Assembly (NCBI RefSeq): GCF_001194135.2
Contig: NC_068981.1
Span: 123,908,121-123,972,120 of the forward strand
From: Octopus bimaculoides
Lineage: Eukaryota
Direction: 5' to 3'
Length of the DNA stretch: 64,000 bases
In this document: positions 51,055 through 64,000 of the stretch, piece after piece
How positions within the stretch are numbered: the stretch's first letter is position 1
Layout: each line of letters begins with the position of its first letter
The notes under the pieces: model-generated
The model's input: only the letters and a program-made list of their open reading frames with translations
Told to the model about the DNA's origin: nothing
Databases searched by the model: none
Translations under genes and position numbers: made by a program

Positions 51055-51136
51055 CCTATCTTCATCTTGTTCCTATCTTCATCTTGTTCCTATCTTCATC
51101 TTGTTCCTATCTTCATCTTGTTCCTATCTTCATCTT
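51055..51136 (+). repeat. 17-bp tandem repeat x4.8
   Basis: cctatcttcatcttgtt repeated exactly. Confidence 0.95.
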
Positions 51137-53373
51137 ACGGCCTCGTACAACATTAATTTCATCCCGGCTCCCTGCTTTGTTGCGATCAACCGTTGAACAT
51201 ACGGTAGCACACAGCCTCTCCGTCTGTTATCAGTAACCCTGTTGCTTTCACCTACACTTCACGGACCGGTACATGCTCACTTATGTACTTCACATCATCC
51301 CTTTTCTACCCGTCTACCCTCAATTACACCTTCATTTCTTCACATCACTAACATTATTATTGACTTTTATTCACGTTGAAATATTTTCTTTCGTTACCTG
51401 ATATATCCATATCTTATCCACATCAATATCATCCAGTATTTGATGTCAATATCACAAACATTTACACAACCTCTAGTAAAATTCCTTACCACCGGATGCA
51501 TACACACACACATATAGCGCACGCACGCGCACACACAAAAACACACACAAACACACATTCCTCACGCACACGCAAATTCATATACACTCATTCACACAAC
51601 CTTTCACATACTTAATTCTGAACTCCTTTACAAACTCAAACAAAAATATACACATGTACTGACCATAAATTCACCCAAGCTAAATTCCTCGAATGCTTCT
51701 CAAACATTAGCCCTCAAACCTTCTTGCTATAAACATTAACTGTCGCTTACTTTCTGTCCACCATTTGCCGTCATGCTTCTTCACTAACTACACGCTTGTT
51801 TTATTTTCTAGTAACCTTTCTTTTGACTTTCACTTCCATCTTCCTACACAAAAAATACAAATGACAAAAACACCATTCTCTTTTCCTTTCCTTCACATCA
51901 TAATATATTGACTTTTTACCACGGCTCATCATTTTTTTGCTGTTTATTGTTTCTCTGCTTTTTACCTCCTGTAATTTATCCTGTAATTTATTCCTCCAAG
52001 TTCATATAGCAAAAGTTCTGTTATCTGTGATCAACAGTAGAATATTATAATTGCTTTACATCATAGAATAATATTCGATAAATTTCATATCTTCGGTTAT
52101 CCAGTTTGTTATCTTATTCTTTAACCTTTTATTTATTATTTCTTTTTTTTTTTTTGCAAACTCTCCTGTTTGCATTTATGGGAAGCTATATAAAATTCCA
52201 TCTTTAGAACACGTATGAGCATAGCCTTTCTATCTGGTATCAATAACCAATTCACTTTCATCTACTTACCACCATGCACACACTGATACACAGATAAACG
52301 CATCTACGACGTCAAGCTTGTAGAAATCGCAGACAAATTTCCCTCAAATTGCACACAACCGTTTTCAATATAAAAGATTTCATGCTATCTGATCTTCAAA
52401 AATGGCGGGATGTTCAATTGGAATTGACCTGAGGTGAAAGAACATCAACAACGTAGTTTACTTGATCCTCGATCTTGTCTTTCATTTCATTATATTGAAA
52501 CTTAAGCTCAATTCAATGCGAGTTCAGTTTTCTTTTAGATGTATGACTACGACGCGTGTGCTATTATATTCTCATACTTAGCTATTCGAATTTTTTTGTG
52601 ACTATCTTCATTTCAAGATATAGGTTAATGGCATCTTGTCAATCCCCTTCACGTACATATAAAATGTTTCGAATTTCGTTAGATAGTTTATAATGAAAAC
52701 AGAACCAAATCTTCTGAGTAGAACATGAATTTATATAAGCGTATGTGTACATTTATGTGTGCAATCTAACTATTCCCCAGAGTGATATTGTATGTTTTAG
52801 CATCATATTTTAACATCATATCAAAATTTCTATTGACATTACTACGTTTATCGTCTTATGTTACCGTTTCAGTATCTATACATTTTCTTCTGCAGTGTAT
52901 ACTACGACGCTTGACAAATATATTTATTGGTATATTCTTAATGTATATAGAATTCAACCATGCATTTTTTTCACCATTCCTGAGCTGCTTTTCAAACAGA
53001 ACATTCTGATTTAGGTTTCATATGATTGGTTCTTGCAATACCTCTGTGTTTGTATTGAGTAAGGTAGTATACATTTACGTACTTATACATATATGTGGGT
53101 GTGTGGGTGTGTGGTTGTGCAGAATGCGAGAAAAAGGGGGCTAGAGAGAGATAGAGATACATACATATGTGTGTGTGTTTATACATATATATACATGCAT
53201 ACATACATATATACATAAATATAAATATATATACACACACATATGTGTGTGTGTGTGTGTGTGTGCGTGTGTGTGTGTACAGAGAGAGAGAGTGCAGATA
53301 AATTGGCGTCTAATGATGTAATGTTACATGTATACAAAATACAAATTAAGTTCACACAATATGGACATGTGTT

Positions 53374-53415
<42 letters not shown>

Positions 53416-53822
53416 TAACTCTTAAGTTATACATTCCTTCACTATATCAGTTGGTCCTTGTCTCCTCTTATTCATTCAAGACTCTATCTTTTCTGTTGCC
53501 CTGTATTCCTTGCAGAACTTTGACTCATGAAATATCTCACTCTCTCTTCGACAATGGAACTGATAAATACTAATAACCTTTATGAAGGTTATCCTTTAAG
53601 TCTTCATCTCTGAAGACAGCATAGTTGGTTTTATGTGGAAATCTTTGTTCAATGAGACTCGTACTATATACACAGCTATTCTGGAAACAGGTGTAAAAAA
53701 CTTTATGCAAAACTTCATTTCTAATTATTTCTTATTTATGCTAACAACTCTACACTTATACAGTTATGTCTGAATTATAATTCCATACAATAAACTGATA
53801 CATGTTTCACTTGTTCATTCTC

Positions 53823-53864
<42 letters not shown>

Positions 53865-54399
53865 TGATTACTTGACTGGTGACAACAGGTGATGTCCCTT
53901 AGTGTTGCTTACGGAGTACGATGGGAAGAGAGAGGAAGAGTGACTATCATAAGGTGACAGAGAGGGTGAAAACTCTCCTTAAGGGGAGAGAACTGGTCCA
54001 GGGTTTATAACTTACCTTTTGCTTGTTACGTTTCCTTATCTTAAGTGGTCTTTTTCCTATGAGTGAAATATTGTATGGCATTTCCATACAGTTCAAGCCT
54101 GAGTTTTAGTGGTAAAACTAATTGAGCACTCATAGTACATACATCAGTTGAAGAAAACCCCTTATACATATCCATATGCATACATATACAAATATGTCGA
54201 ACGATGGAAATTAGTGCTCAACACCTCATTGGTGGATGTGATTTCTTTATTTGTGAATTAGGGCTACCATTGGTTTCATGTTAAAAAAGGTAGCAAAATA
54301 TCCTAGTGTCTTGACAATTACTCAAGCCGATCACATGGAGAAAGTTGTTTGCTTCCATTTTGGAAAACACCGCCTCGTTTTATCCGTGAAGATACTCGT

Positions 54400-55610
54400 T
54401 AATTCTCCTGAATAAAACAATCAATCAAGGGGCACTATTCTTGGGTAGCATCTTTTGAATATTTGTCTTTTGGGCAAACTTTTATGTGGTCAATTTGCTT
54501 GCATTATTTTGTTTTTGTTCTGGGCGTAGTGTTCTTATACTTGTGGACTGAGGTAGTTCGTTATTGAGGCATGTGTCTTTTGTGTTTGGAGTCTGTATTC
54601 TATGTATATTCAAATTTCCCTTTCAGGAAAGAGGCTATCCTGGTGGAGTAACCGTCGCAAATGTTGACTCTTCTTTAAAGTATTTGAGTGTGAAGTATTG
54701 CTTGTGCATGCACGGAGAGACGGTTTCATCCCCAATGTTTAGGATGTTATTTGTTCATTGCATAATGTTTATTTTGTCAGTAATCCAGAGTTCAGATTTG
54801 ACACCCCGTCCTCTGTATTTTGGGGCTTTAGCAATAATTTTCCATTCTATTTGGGAGTTGCTTATTCCACCTTCTTTCAATGTCCATATCATATTTAAGA
54901 AGGATGTTGCATGTGTTTTATTTTTGTCTCTGAATGATGCCAGCTGTTGCGTATACCTTTCTTTGAACGCGTTGCCCGTCATTCCGATATACATCTTTGC
55001 TACTCCATTGGGTTCCGTGATCTTGGCTTTGTATACGAGTTCTTTCTCGAGGAAGTTGTTGTTTAAAGGGCAGCAGTTTGAGGATCTACAGTTGCATAGT
55101 CTATCGTGGGTATTTATGGTTTGTTTATATTTATTGTGAATGAGTATTATTGACCCTATATTGGGGAGGCAGCTATAGCTAACTTTAATAGTATTTCTCT
55201 TGAAGATCTTGTAATATTTGTGTGAATGTGGAAAGAGGTTGTTTATTAATTTTAAGAATTCCCTAGCTATGTTAGTGGCTACACTCATGCTATAAGGTGA
55301 GTTAAATCATAAGATTTTCCTCTGTCTGCGTTTTCTTGGCTTATTTATATTTAGTTCAATGTAGTATATGGTATTCTTAAAGTTGGACCTATCTAATGCA
55401 GCATTATAGTATGGGGCAGCTTTTTCAAAAGTGTTTTGTCGATGGATACATTGGAGACGCACCTGCTGATGCTGGAGCCTATGTCTATGTACGTGGCTTC
55501 CTCGTTTGGTTTGTGGTAAGGTTCAAATTTTCCAGTGTTACGGTTCATGCTAATATCTAAGAAATTGACTTCTTTAAGGTTGATACTAATTGTGGTTCTT
55601 AGGCCTCATT
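54400..55610 (-). mobile_element. Penelope-like element 3' part (RT C-terminus, linker, GIY-YIG endonuclease)
   Basis: GLRTTISINLKEVNFLDISMN..GKFEPYHKPN; FEKAAPYYNAALDRS..RKIL*FNSPYSMSVATNIAREFLKLI..CNCR..CPL..LVYKAKI..MYIGMTGNAFKERY; contains a frameshift and a stop. Confidence 0.9.
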
Positions 55611-55648
55611 GGATATGTATATATATATATATATATATTGATAAATAT

Positions 55649-55688
<40 letters not shown>

Positions 55689-55697
55689 TCTTTTACA

Positions 55698-56109
55698 CTT
55701 TTACTTGTTTCAGTCATTTGACTGCGGCCATGCTGGAGCACCGCCTTTAGTCGAGAAAATCGCCCCAGGACTTATTCTTTTTAAGCCTAGTACTTATTCT
55801 ATCGGTCTCNNNNNNNNNNNNNNNNNNNNNNNNNNNNNNNNNNNNNNNNNNNNNNNNNNNNNNNNNNNNNNNNNNNNNNNNNNNNNNNNNNNNNNNNNNN
55901 NNNNNNNNNNNNNNNNNNNNNNNNNNNNNNNNNNNNNNNNTATATATATATATATATATACATATACAAGACGGGCTTCTTTCAGTTTCCGTCTACCAAA
56001 TCCACTCACAAGGCTTTGGTCGGCCCGAGGCTATAGTAGAAGACACTTGCCCAAGGTGCCATGCAGTGGTTGGTAAGCAAGCTACTTACCACATACCCAC
56101 TCCTGCGCC
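55698..56109 (-). mobile_element. SINE family 2 with a gap in its internal microsatellite
   Basis: gactgcggccatgctggagcacc..ctatagtagaagacacttgcccaaggtgcc..cctgcgcc; a paralog of 43596-43998. Confidence 0.85.
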
Positions 56110-56689
56110 TATGTTGATAAAACTGGAGCGGCATCCCCTAATGTAGCCATGATGTCAGCATGTATATCCTAGGGTGCTAAATTGTTTTTCTGCAGATACT
56201 GGCTAATGTCACAATACCAATTCTTTTTTATTTTCGAGAGAAGTCGCAACTAGTTATTTCTGAACTCCTCTTTGAATAGTCAGATGTCGGTTATTATCAA
56301 GAAGAACTGAAATTAATGTGTTCAAGATTTCATTGCTCTAGCATCACTTCTTCATAGTTGGCCTATCAACTTTTCAGCTCACTCTCGCTTTTAACCCATA
56401 GTCCCTGAAAGATTTAGATTTTGAGAAGATGAAGCCAGGAAGACAATTGAAGCTTGTTAGTTCCTATCAAGCGTTACAAGGTGACAAGATTGTTATGTTC
56501 CAAATGAAACATTTTTACGATGTCTTTATAGTATGTAAGGGTATGTAAGGTACCTATGGATGGTCTTATTTGCAAAATATTGCTCGAAGTAATAATGAGA
56601 ATGTCGTTAGTGAACCCAAAGAATAACGTGCGCTTCATAACACACGTAACACACAAAAACAAAGAGAGAGAGACAGGCAGGAAGAGGGA

Positions 56690-56757
56690 GAAGACACACA
56701 GACAGAGACAGACACAGACAAGCACAGACAGACAGACACAGATACAGACAAACACAC

Positions 56758-56792
<35 letters not shown>

Positions 56793-56955
56793 CAGACAGA
56801 CAAACAGACAGACAGATACAGACAGACAAACAGACAGACACAAACATACAAACAGACAGACACAGACAGATAAACAGACACACAGACAGACACAGACAGA
56901 CAGATACAGACAGACAGACAGACACAGACAGACAGACACAGACAACCAGACACAG
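56690..56955 (+). repeat. Degenerate (CAGA)n/(CA) satellite-like tract
   Basis: Direct reading; source of the CLSV pseudo-ORFs. Confidence 0.93.
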
Positions 56956-57409
56956 AGTAATCTGTCGAAAAGATCAAAAGATCTGGTTATTGCCTGCTAT
57001 GTTAGTTAATAATTTGTCTGTTGCTATGGGATTAACGTGAATGCGATAATATATTCTAATGGGAAAAAAATATTTCAGTTTCAAACTGCCAATGAAAAGA
57101 TTACTACATATCAGAAGCTGTCAAATAAAAGAACACATCATTTCATATACGTCAACGCTTATTTCCAAAGTTGGTGTTTATGACCTGAGTCAGCATTTAT
57201 TTCTCGAGCTAACATAGAAACTGGTAAGTAACCAGTGAGGAATAGCAACCATGTTTTCCTCAAACCGCAACGTACCATCTTAAAAGAAAGGGGAGATAAA
57301 TATTGGATAATATAATTCTGGATATATTGCTTGGAAATAAAGAGGTGTGAGTTTATTGCTTTGATGAGAGATTTAAATAACCAGCGTCTTTTTGCAGGCC
57401 ATTAATATT

Positions 57410-57748
57410 GATTTGAAATTTTGGTACAATGTCAGCAATTCGGGGAAGAGGGTAAATCGATTTCATCGCCCCCAGTGCGCCACTGGTATCTATTTTATCG
57501 AGCCCGAAAGGATGAAAAGCAAAATCCACCTTAACGGAATTCGAACTCAGAACATGAAGAGAGACGAAATGCCGCTTAGCATTCTTTTCTGCTGTAGGCA
57601 CAAGGTCCGAAATTGGTACTTAATTTACTCTGAAAGTATGAAAAGCTAAGTCGACCTCGGCGGAATTTGAACTCAGAACGTAAAGTCAGACAAAATACCG
57701 CTAAGCATTTCGCTCGGTGTGCTAAACATTTCTACCAGATCGCCGCCC
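57410..57748 (-). mobile_element. Head-to-tail pair of SINE family 1 copies (tails C and B)
   Basis: 57410-57582 lacks its head; 57583-57748 has a head and an internal deletion. Confidence 0.8.
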
Positions 57749-58459
57749 TGGGCAGGATATTAATATTACTTCAATATGCAGAGAGCAAAATCAGCTACAC
57801 TAGTTAAATAATATATTGTGGTTTACTTGAAGATTTGTTAGTTACAAGGGTAGGGAAGTCGTGAAAGTTACTACGTGATGAAGAATAGATTGACAAACTT
57901 AAGTTTGTGTAATATTTCGGATCTAATAAATAATTTCAGCTGACTAAACTGAAAATGAAGCCTTAACATGAAGACAATATCAAAATGATTATGAAATTTA
58001 CTACGACAAACAGAACAATGAGAGTATCTACAAAACAAAAACAAGCTGAACTAATTTAAATTTGTCTGATTCGTTAGCTACCCCACGAAAGAACCCTCAA
58101 CGAGCTAAAAAGTGAACTTATAAGTCATCATCGAAGCCCCTAAGCCTCAGTTTAACGAACGATAAAATGAGTAATGCAACCTTAGATACAGCTGAAACGA
58201 AAGAAGGGACGGTTATGGCTAGAACTGCTTTGCTGATAAATTTGCGAATTTTGTGCACTCAAAAGTTAGACAACAACAACAACAAAGCATCTTTCAATAC
58301 CGATAAAATATATCCAATATCAAACGTTTTGACGTAACATTTCTTTATTGGCATAGTATTTTTATTGACTGTATGAAGTGTGCCACGCTTACATAGTTAA
58401 TATCATCCGCCTACATGAATATATTCCAAAAAGCAAATATAAAAACAATGTGTGTTTGT

Positions 58460-58891
58460 AAGGCGGAGAGCTGACAGAAGCGTTAGAACGCCGAGCAAAA
58501 TGCTTAGCGGTATTTCGTCAGCCGTTACGTTCTGTGTTCAAATTCCGCCAAGGTCGACTTTGCCTTTCAGCCTTTCGGGGTCGATAAATTAAGTACCAGT
58601 TACGCACTGGGGTCGATGTAATCGACTTACTTCCTTTGTCTGTCCTTGTTTGTCCCCTCTATGTTTAGCCCCTTGTGGGCAATAAAGAAATAAGAAACGT
58701 TAGAACGCCGGGAAAAATGCTTAGCGGCATTTCGTCTATCTTAACGTTCTCAGTTCAAATTCCGCCGAGATCGACTTTGCTTTTCATCCTTTCGAGGTTG
58801 ATAAATTAAGTACCAGTTGCGTACTGGGATCGATCTAATCGACTGGCCCCTTGCCCAAAAAATTTCGGGCTTTGTGCCTGGAGTAGAAAAG
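58460..58891 (+). mobile_element. Head-to-tail pair of well-preserved SINE family 1 copies (tails A and B)
   Basis: 58460-58691 ends tgtcccctctatgtttagccccttgtgggcaataaagaaata; 58692-58891 ends tttcgggctttgtgcctggagtagaaaag. A and B boxes are present. Confidence 0.9.
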
Positions 58892-58897
58892 AATGTG

Positions 58898-58899
<2 letters not shown>

Positions 58900-58963
<64 letters not shown>

Positions 58964-58964
58964 A

Positions 58965-59004
<40 letters not shown>
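58900..59004 (+). repeat. (AGT)n microsatellite
   Basis: Direct reading. Confidence 0.98.
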
Positions 59005-59005
<1 letters not shown>

Positions 59006-59829
59006 AAACTTTGCTAATTCTTATTACAAAATGTTCTATATAATTCAGGAAACGGTCGTCATTTTTTATGAAATGAGTACACTAGTTTATTCATAAGTAA
59101 TATATTTTTTATTAATCAATCAACAATCTGAAAAACGTAACGTATATAAAATCAATAATAAAAGTGAATGTTATTAAGTTGTCGCTTTATATTTCATAGA
59201 GCTATATTTATTCGTGTAACTTTTTTTCTCCTGAGTTGAAAAATGATAAACGTATGACACTTTAAGATAGTCTTTCACTTCTTAAAATCATGCTCAGTTT
59301 CAAAAAGTCAGTGTGAGCACGTACCACTGGAACATTAAAATCAGTGTGTTTAGGAGTCATCTATAAATTATATTTTAACCAAACTCCAAATAGAATAATT
59401 TTAGAAATAGTTTTGAATCTATAAGATATGCCCTTTTATATAGACCAACTATAGCTTACTGGATTTTTTTTTTATATTGTTTGCAAAATCTCATTATTTT
59501 ATAAAATATCAGTCTTAATTCCGAAGTTTGAGATCATGGCATTGAAAGTCATCATACTAGACAGCAATGTTCAGTTGTTGTTTTTTTTTTNNNNNNNNNN
59601 NNNNNNNNNNNNNNNNNNNNNNNNNNNNNNNNNNNNNNNNNNNNNNNNNNNNNNNNNNNNNNNNNNNNNNNNNNNNNNNNNNNNNNNNNNNNNNNNNNNN
59701 NNNNNNNNNNNNNNNNNNNNNNNNNNNNNNNNNNNNNNNNNNNNNNNNNNNNNNNNNNNNNNNNNNNNNNNNNNNNNNNNNNNNNNNNNNNNNNNNNNNN
59801 AGAGAGAGAGAGAGAAAGATAGATAATAT

Positions 59830-59848
<19 letters not shown>

Positions 59849-59905
<57 letters not shown>

Positions 59906-59973
59906 GTTTCTTTATTAGCCACACAGGGCTGAACACAGAGGGGACAACATACAATGTAGAGCTTTTCTTCGTT

Positions 59974-60036
<63 letters not shown>
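59849..60036 (+). repeat. (GATA)n array interrupted by a 69-bp insert
   Basis: GATA repeats at 59849-59904 and 59974-60036. Confidence 0.95.
59905..59973 (-). mobile_element. Retroelement 3' tip inserted in (GATA)n
   Basis: Reverse complement ...ttgtatgttgtcccctctgtgttcagccctgtgtggctaataaagaaac, then (CTAT)n; homologous to SINE tail A at 58650-58690. Confidence 0.7.
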
Positions 60037-60188
60037 GGAAAAAAAGTCTTCCACTACGAACACGCAAAATTCTTCCTTTTTGTGTGATTATGACTCTACT
60101 ATCTGCTTTCCTGATGATATGTGTCCTTCTAAATCGCTCGATTATTGAGCTAACATCTCCTTTGGAGATAACGGTAAAACAAAAAGAA

Positions 60189-60221
<33 letters not shown>

Positions 60222-61080
60222 GTAAATTGATTGTTTTTAAATGATTGTCGTATGTATTCATACATGCATTCAAAGAAATGCCTCCCTAACACACAATCAG
60301 CTATATCTAAAGTTTAAAGGTAAAATTGATGGTATAAATAAGGAAAAATGTCGAAACATGCACTCCTACATTAATTACTCTAGCATGTGTGATCGCTGTT
60401 TATGGGAGAAATATAACTTTGTATTATAACATTTTGCAATATTAAACAGAATGGAATTGTTGAATCTTCCAGACACTTGCATCGTTATTTACTGAGAAAC
60501 TTCCATCTGCTAATTAGCTAAAGTATTTTTTCATATAATATATTTGCCATTCTCTGAAATAAGGCAACTCGCTAACAAAATATTCAACAGTAAAACTTCT
60601 TTAATAGCTTTGTTTATGTTTGTCATATACAAATATGTTTGCACATAAATAGATAGATATTTCAAATGCTATGCTCATGACAATTGGATGAATAAACGTG
60701 TAATGCATTTTCAAAGGGTTTTCGGCAGCCAATCAAATCTTGTTGTCTAATCATATGCGATGCAACGGCGATATTTCGAGGGTTTTTTTGTTTTGTTTTT
60801 TAACATAACGCAGCTTCCCTACTTGAATTGTTCGAATATTCCACAATGTGATTACTATTCAAGAAGCTTTCACTTCTAATAACATTGAGGAACAAGCAAT
60901 GTTGTACCTCAAGAATGAAATATGTGATTATATGTGTATTTTCGTGCTGAATCCAAATATGTTTCTTAGCCTATTTTATATAGGTCAGGCTTTTGTGTTG
61001 CATGCAATTTAATTAAGATCTGTATAGTTACGGGTAGTTTAAAAAGTAGCTTTGTCTGAGATTTTTCCTGTACTTTGCTT

Positions 61081-61130
<50 letters not shown>

Positions 61131-63940
61131 NNNNNNNNNNNNNNNNNNNNNNNNNNNNNNNNNNNNNNNNNNNNNNNNNNNNNNNNNNNNNNNNNNNNNN
61201 NNNNNNNNNNNNNNNNNNNNNNNNNNNNNNNNNNNNNNNNNNNNNNNNNNNNNNNNNNNNNNNNNNNNNNNNNNNNNNNNNNNNNNNNNNNNNNNNNNNN
61301 NNNNNNNNNNNNNNNNNNNNNNNNNNNNNNNNNNNNNNNNNNNNNNNNNNNNNNNNNNNNNNNNNNNNNNNNNNNNNNNNNATATATATATATTAAATGT
61401 CAAGCAACAAGAAACAACACACAAAAGCTACTAATACTGCATTTACGAGCAGACTTACTTGGAGTACATCCACACAGATTTGACTCAAGTTTGTGCAAGT
61501 TTAGACAGGTTTTTTTTAAATCTTCAGTGTCTACTGCTCTGAGCAAATTTATCCTTCCAACATCAGCGTTTTTATAATGTTGGAAGGATAATTTCACATA
61601 AAGATTTATGCAACATATGTATATATATACATCAGGAATAAAAGGTTTATGTACGCAAAGCGTGAACTACATGGTTTACATTTTTCAGGATGAATAATTT
61701 TTGTGTAACATAAAATTAATTATTGATAATTTTCACTATCTTCATTGTACACTAGCTAATATTTTGTATTTCCTATTCCTTCATTTCTTATTATAAATTG
61801 TAAACAATCGATATCATTTAAGAAGTCTATGTAGAAAAATTTCCTGCTTGCTTTTCGAGAAAATAAGGAAAAGCAATTCTATTCTCTTTGAGCATGGAGA
61901 GTGAAAGAAAAAATACAAACGAGTAGGGGTTCAGAAATAAAAGTAACGAAAAGCAGAATTTTTTCTACTTGCCTTTCAGTCGAATTACGAAAAATCAGTA
62001 TCGTTCGTTTTTTCACATTCTATTTTTCTCTCTAAGACAGGTGAGTAACAAAGAAAGACAAGACAGAGTGGAGATCAAGGAGAGAAAGGCAGAGCAAAGC
62101 AGAATTTTTTCTGCTTACCTGCTAGCCGTATTAAGTCAGCAGACACGCTATCAACATATTATCTCCTGAATCGTTGATGTGTTTTACTTCCTCGAGCGGC
62201 AGAGATCAAAGACTTGCCTATTCAAAAGATTTAAAGTTTCCTTCATAGTCAGACAGATTTAGACGAAAATGAGTATTTAGACAATTTGCATATTATGTTT
62301 TACAACTGAGCCTGGTTTATTTCGTACATTTATTCGGTACTGAATTGTATATAGCGCTTTTAAAAATACTTAACCCATGGAGAGTATTCTTGATCCCTTC
62401 TTAAGATACGAATTCAGTCATGTTACCACTATCCAGAATTTTCACACTTGGAGCGAAAAGAAGCAACTGGCAAAGTTTCCTTTTTGTGATTAAAAAGTAA
62501 AGTTTACATCCATTTATTCAAATCAATGCCTTAAAATTTAATTTTAAATATTCAAAATTATCTTTTTTAAAAAAGGCTACGCAAGAAAAGAAATTAGCAC
62601 CTAAATTTTTCGTTAGATTAAAGCATCCATTCATTTTTTTTAAAATTATTATTCAGTAGCATTTTTCACATTTTCATTAATCCCCAGAATGGCGAAAGAG
62701 AAAATTAGCTCAGTTTCCTCTTTACTTTCCCTACATTTTTTCCACCTTGTTTTGAATTAATGTGATTACTTGTGTGTATATAATACCTAGGTATATATAT
62801 ATATATATATATATATAATCAAAATAAGCAGCAGGATATCAAGAAACGATGCAATGCGACCGTTTCAAGCGGCTCCATTTAATTGAACAATGCAATCATT
62901 ACATCAATTTAAATGCAGGGCCATGCATAATATACAATTAACATAAATATGTATTATATAAATACGTATGAATATATGCATTTTGCCGGACTAATTTATT
63001 TATAGATTAAATAATTTTTGTTCACTCTCAGACTTATCTTTGAGTACTTTACGCTAAGTGGCCGGCCATAGCTTTTCTCCGTCGCCTAAAATACTACTAT
63101 TTGTATGTGTTTGTGCGCCCCTGTAAGTGTGCATGGGAACATATAAATTTATATATAATCTATATATTTCATATTTTATTTATGCGTGTCCAAATACTTC
63201 TTGTTCTATTCCAATATTCTATATATTCATTAAAAGTTATTATGGACGATTACATGTTAACAGATTAATATGTTAACATTATCATTCGTTTATTGTAACA
63301 AGAAATTACGTACTGAACAGTGCGTTGACTGGTTAAATGGTTATGTAATCTCTGTATTACTTTACTCGGTTCTTTTCAAACTGATATCTTGGCTTTCCGC
63401 GAATACTTTAACAAAGCTCTATTTTGATCATCCATCTTCTGAACTACTGTTTCTCCACTACAAATGGCATGAATTTCCTGTTATAAAATGCATTTGCATT
63501 TACTGAGCCAGCCAAAAACTAATGGAGTTTATAGTATCGCTATACACATATCCTGTGTGTGTTGAAGTATCCGGAAGTTTACATCAAAACTTTTGATGGA
63601 ATCATTTTACTCATTCAATCTTCAGTTTGTTTCGATTCATTTTGTATTTCCGACTAATTTATAATTGGTGTTTTATCAGTTCGGCTAATTAATCAACTAA
63701 TTAATCAACTCTTCAAACATGATGTATACTTTCTTACTCATATGTCACCTTAAGTGATATATAGCTCGGCACATTTCCACATTTCTAAGCAGAAACATTG
63801 AAAATAATATGTTCTGTTCGTGTGTTTGATTTATTTGCCAATTTTTAATCAACTACAATATCACATCAGGACTAAAACTATTTCCATTTCAGTTAGCATT
63901 ACACTGAGAAATATATAGTTTTCTTATTCGTTTTTCTACC

Positions 63941-63982
<42 letters not shown>

Positions 63983-64000
63983 TGCATGTATGTACATATA

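Overview
AT-rich, microsatellite-dense eukaryotic genomic DNA from a short-read style assembly with 11 N-gaps, most flanked by (TA)n. The repeat landscape resembles a coleoid cephalopod, probably Octopus; this is inferred from SINE sequences and composition and is not proven. I could not identify any intact host protein-coding gene, rRNA, tRNA or CRISPR array, so the window looks like a large intron or intergenic region. Most listed ORFs are microsatellite or gap artefacts. Supported content: (1) a full-length Tc1 DD34E transposon with TIRs, TA duplication and only two nonsense codons; (2) fragments of a cecropia/Hsmar1-type mariner, maT-like elements, a pogo/Tigger end and another Tc1 end; (3) a decayed L1/Tx1-clade LINE; (4) two R4/Dong-type RLE LINE 3' ends embedded in different microsatellites, (TACA)n and (TAA)n; (5) Penelope-like (GIY-YIG) fragments of two types; (6) about 20 copies of one tRNA-derived SINE with swappable 3' tails, plus three other SINE families. 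The most interesting signals are several minimal type-I hammerhead-ribozyme folds, all carrying core lesions and two lying in Penelope-pLTR-like inverted repeats. Also notable are retroelements that appear to sit in specific microsatellites, one of which shares its 3' tail with the SINE. A few candidate exons are reported at low confidence.
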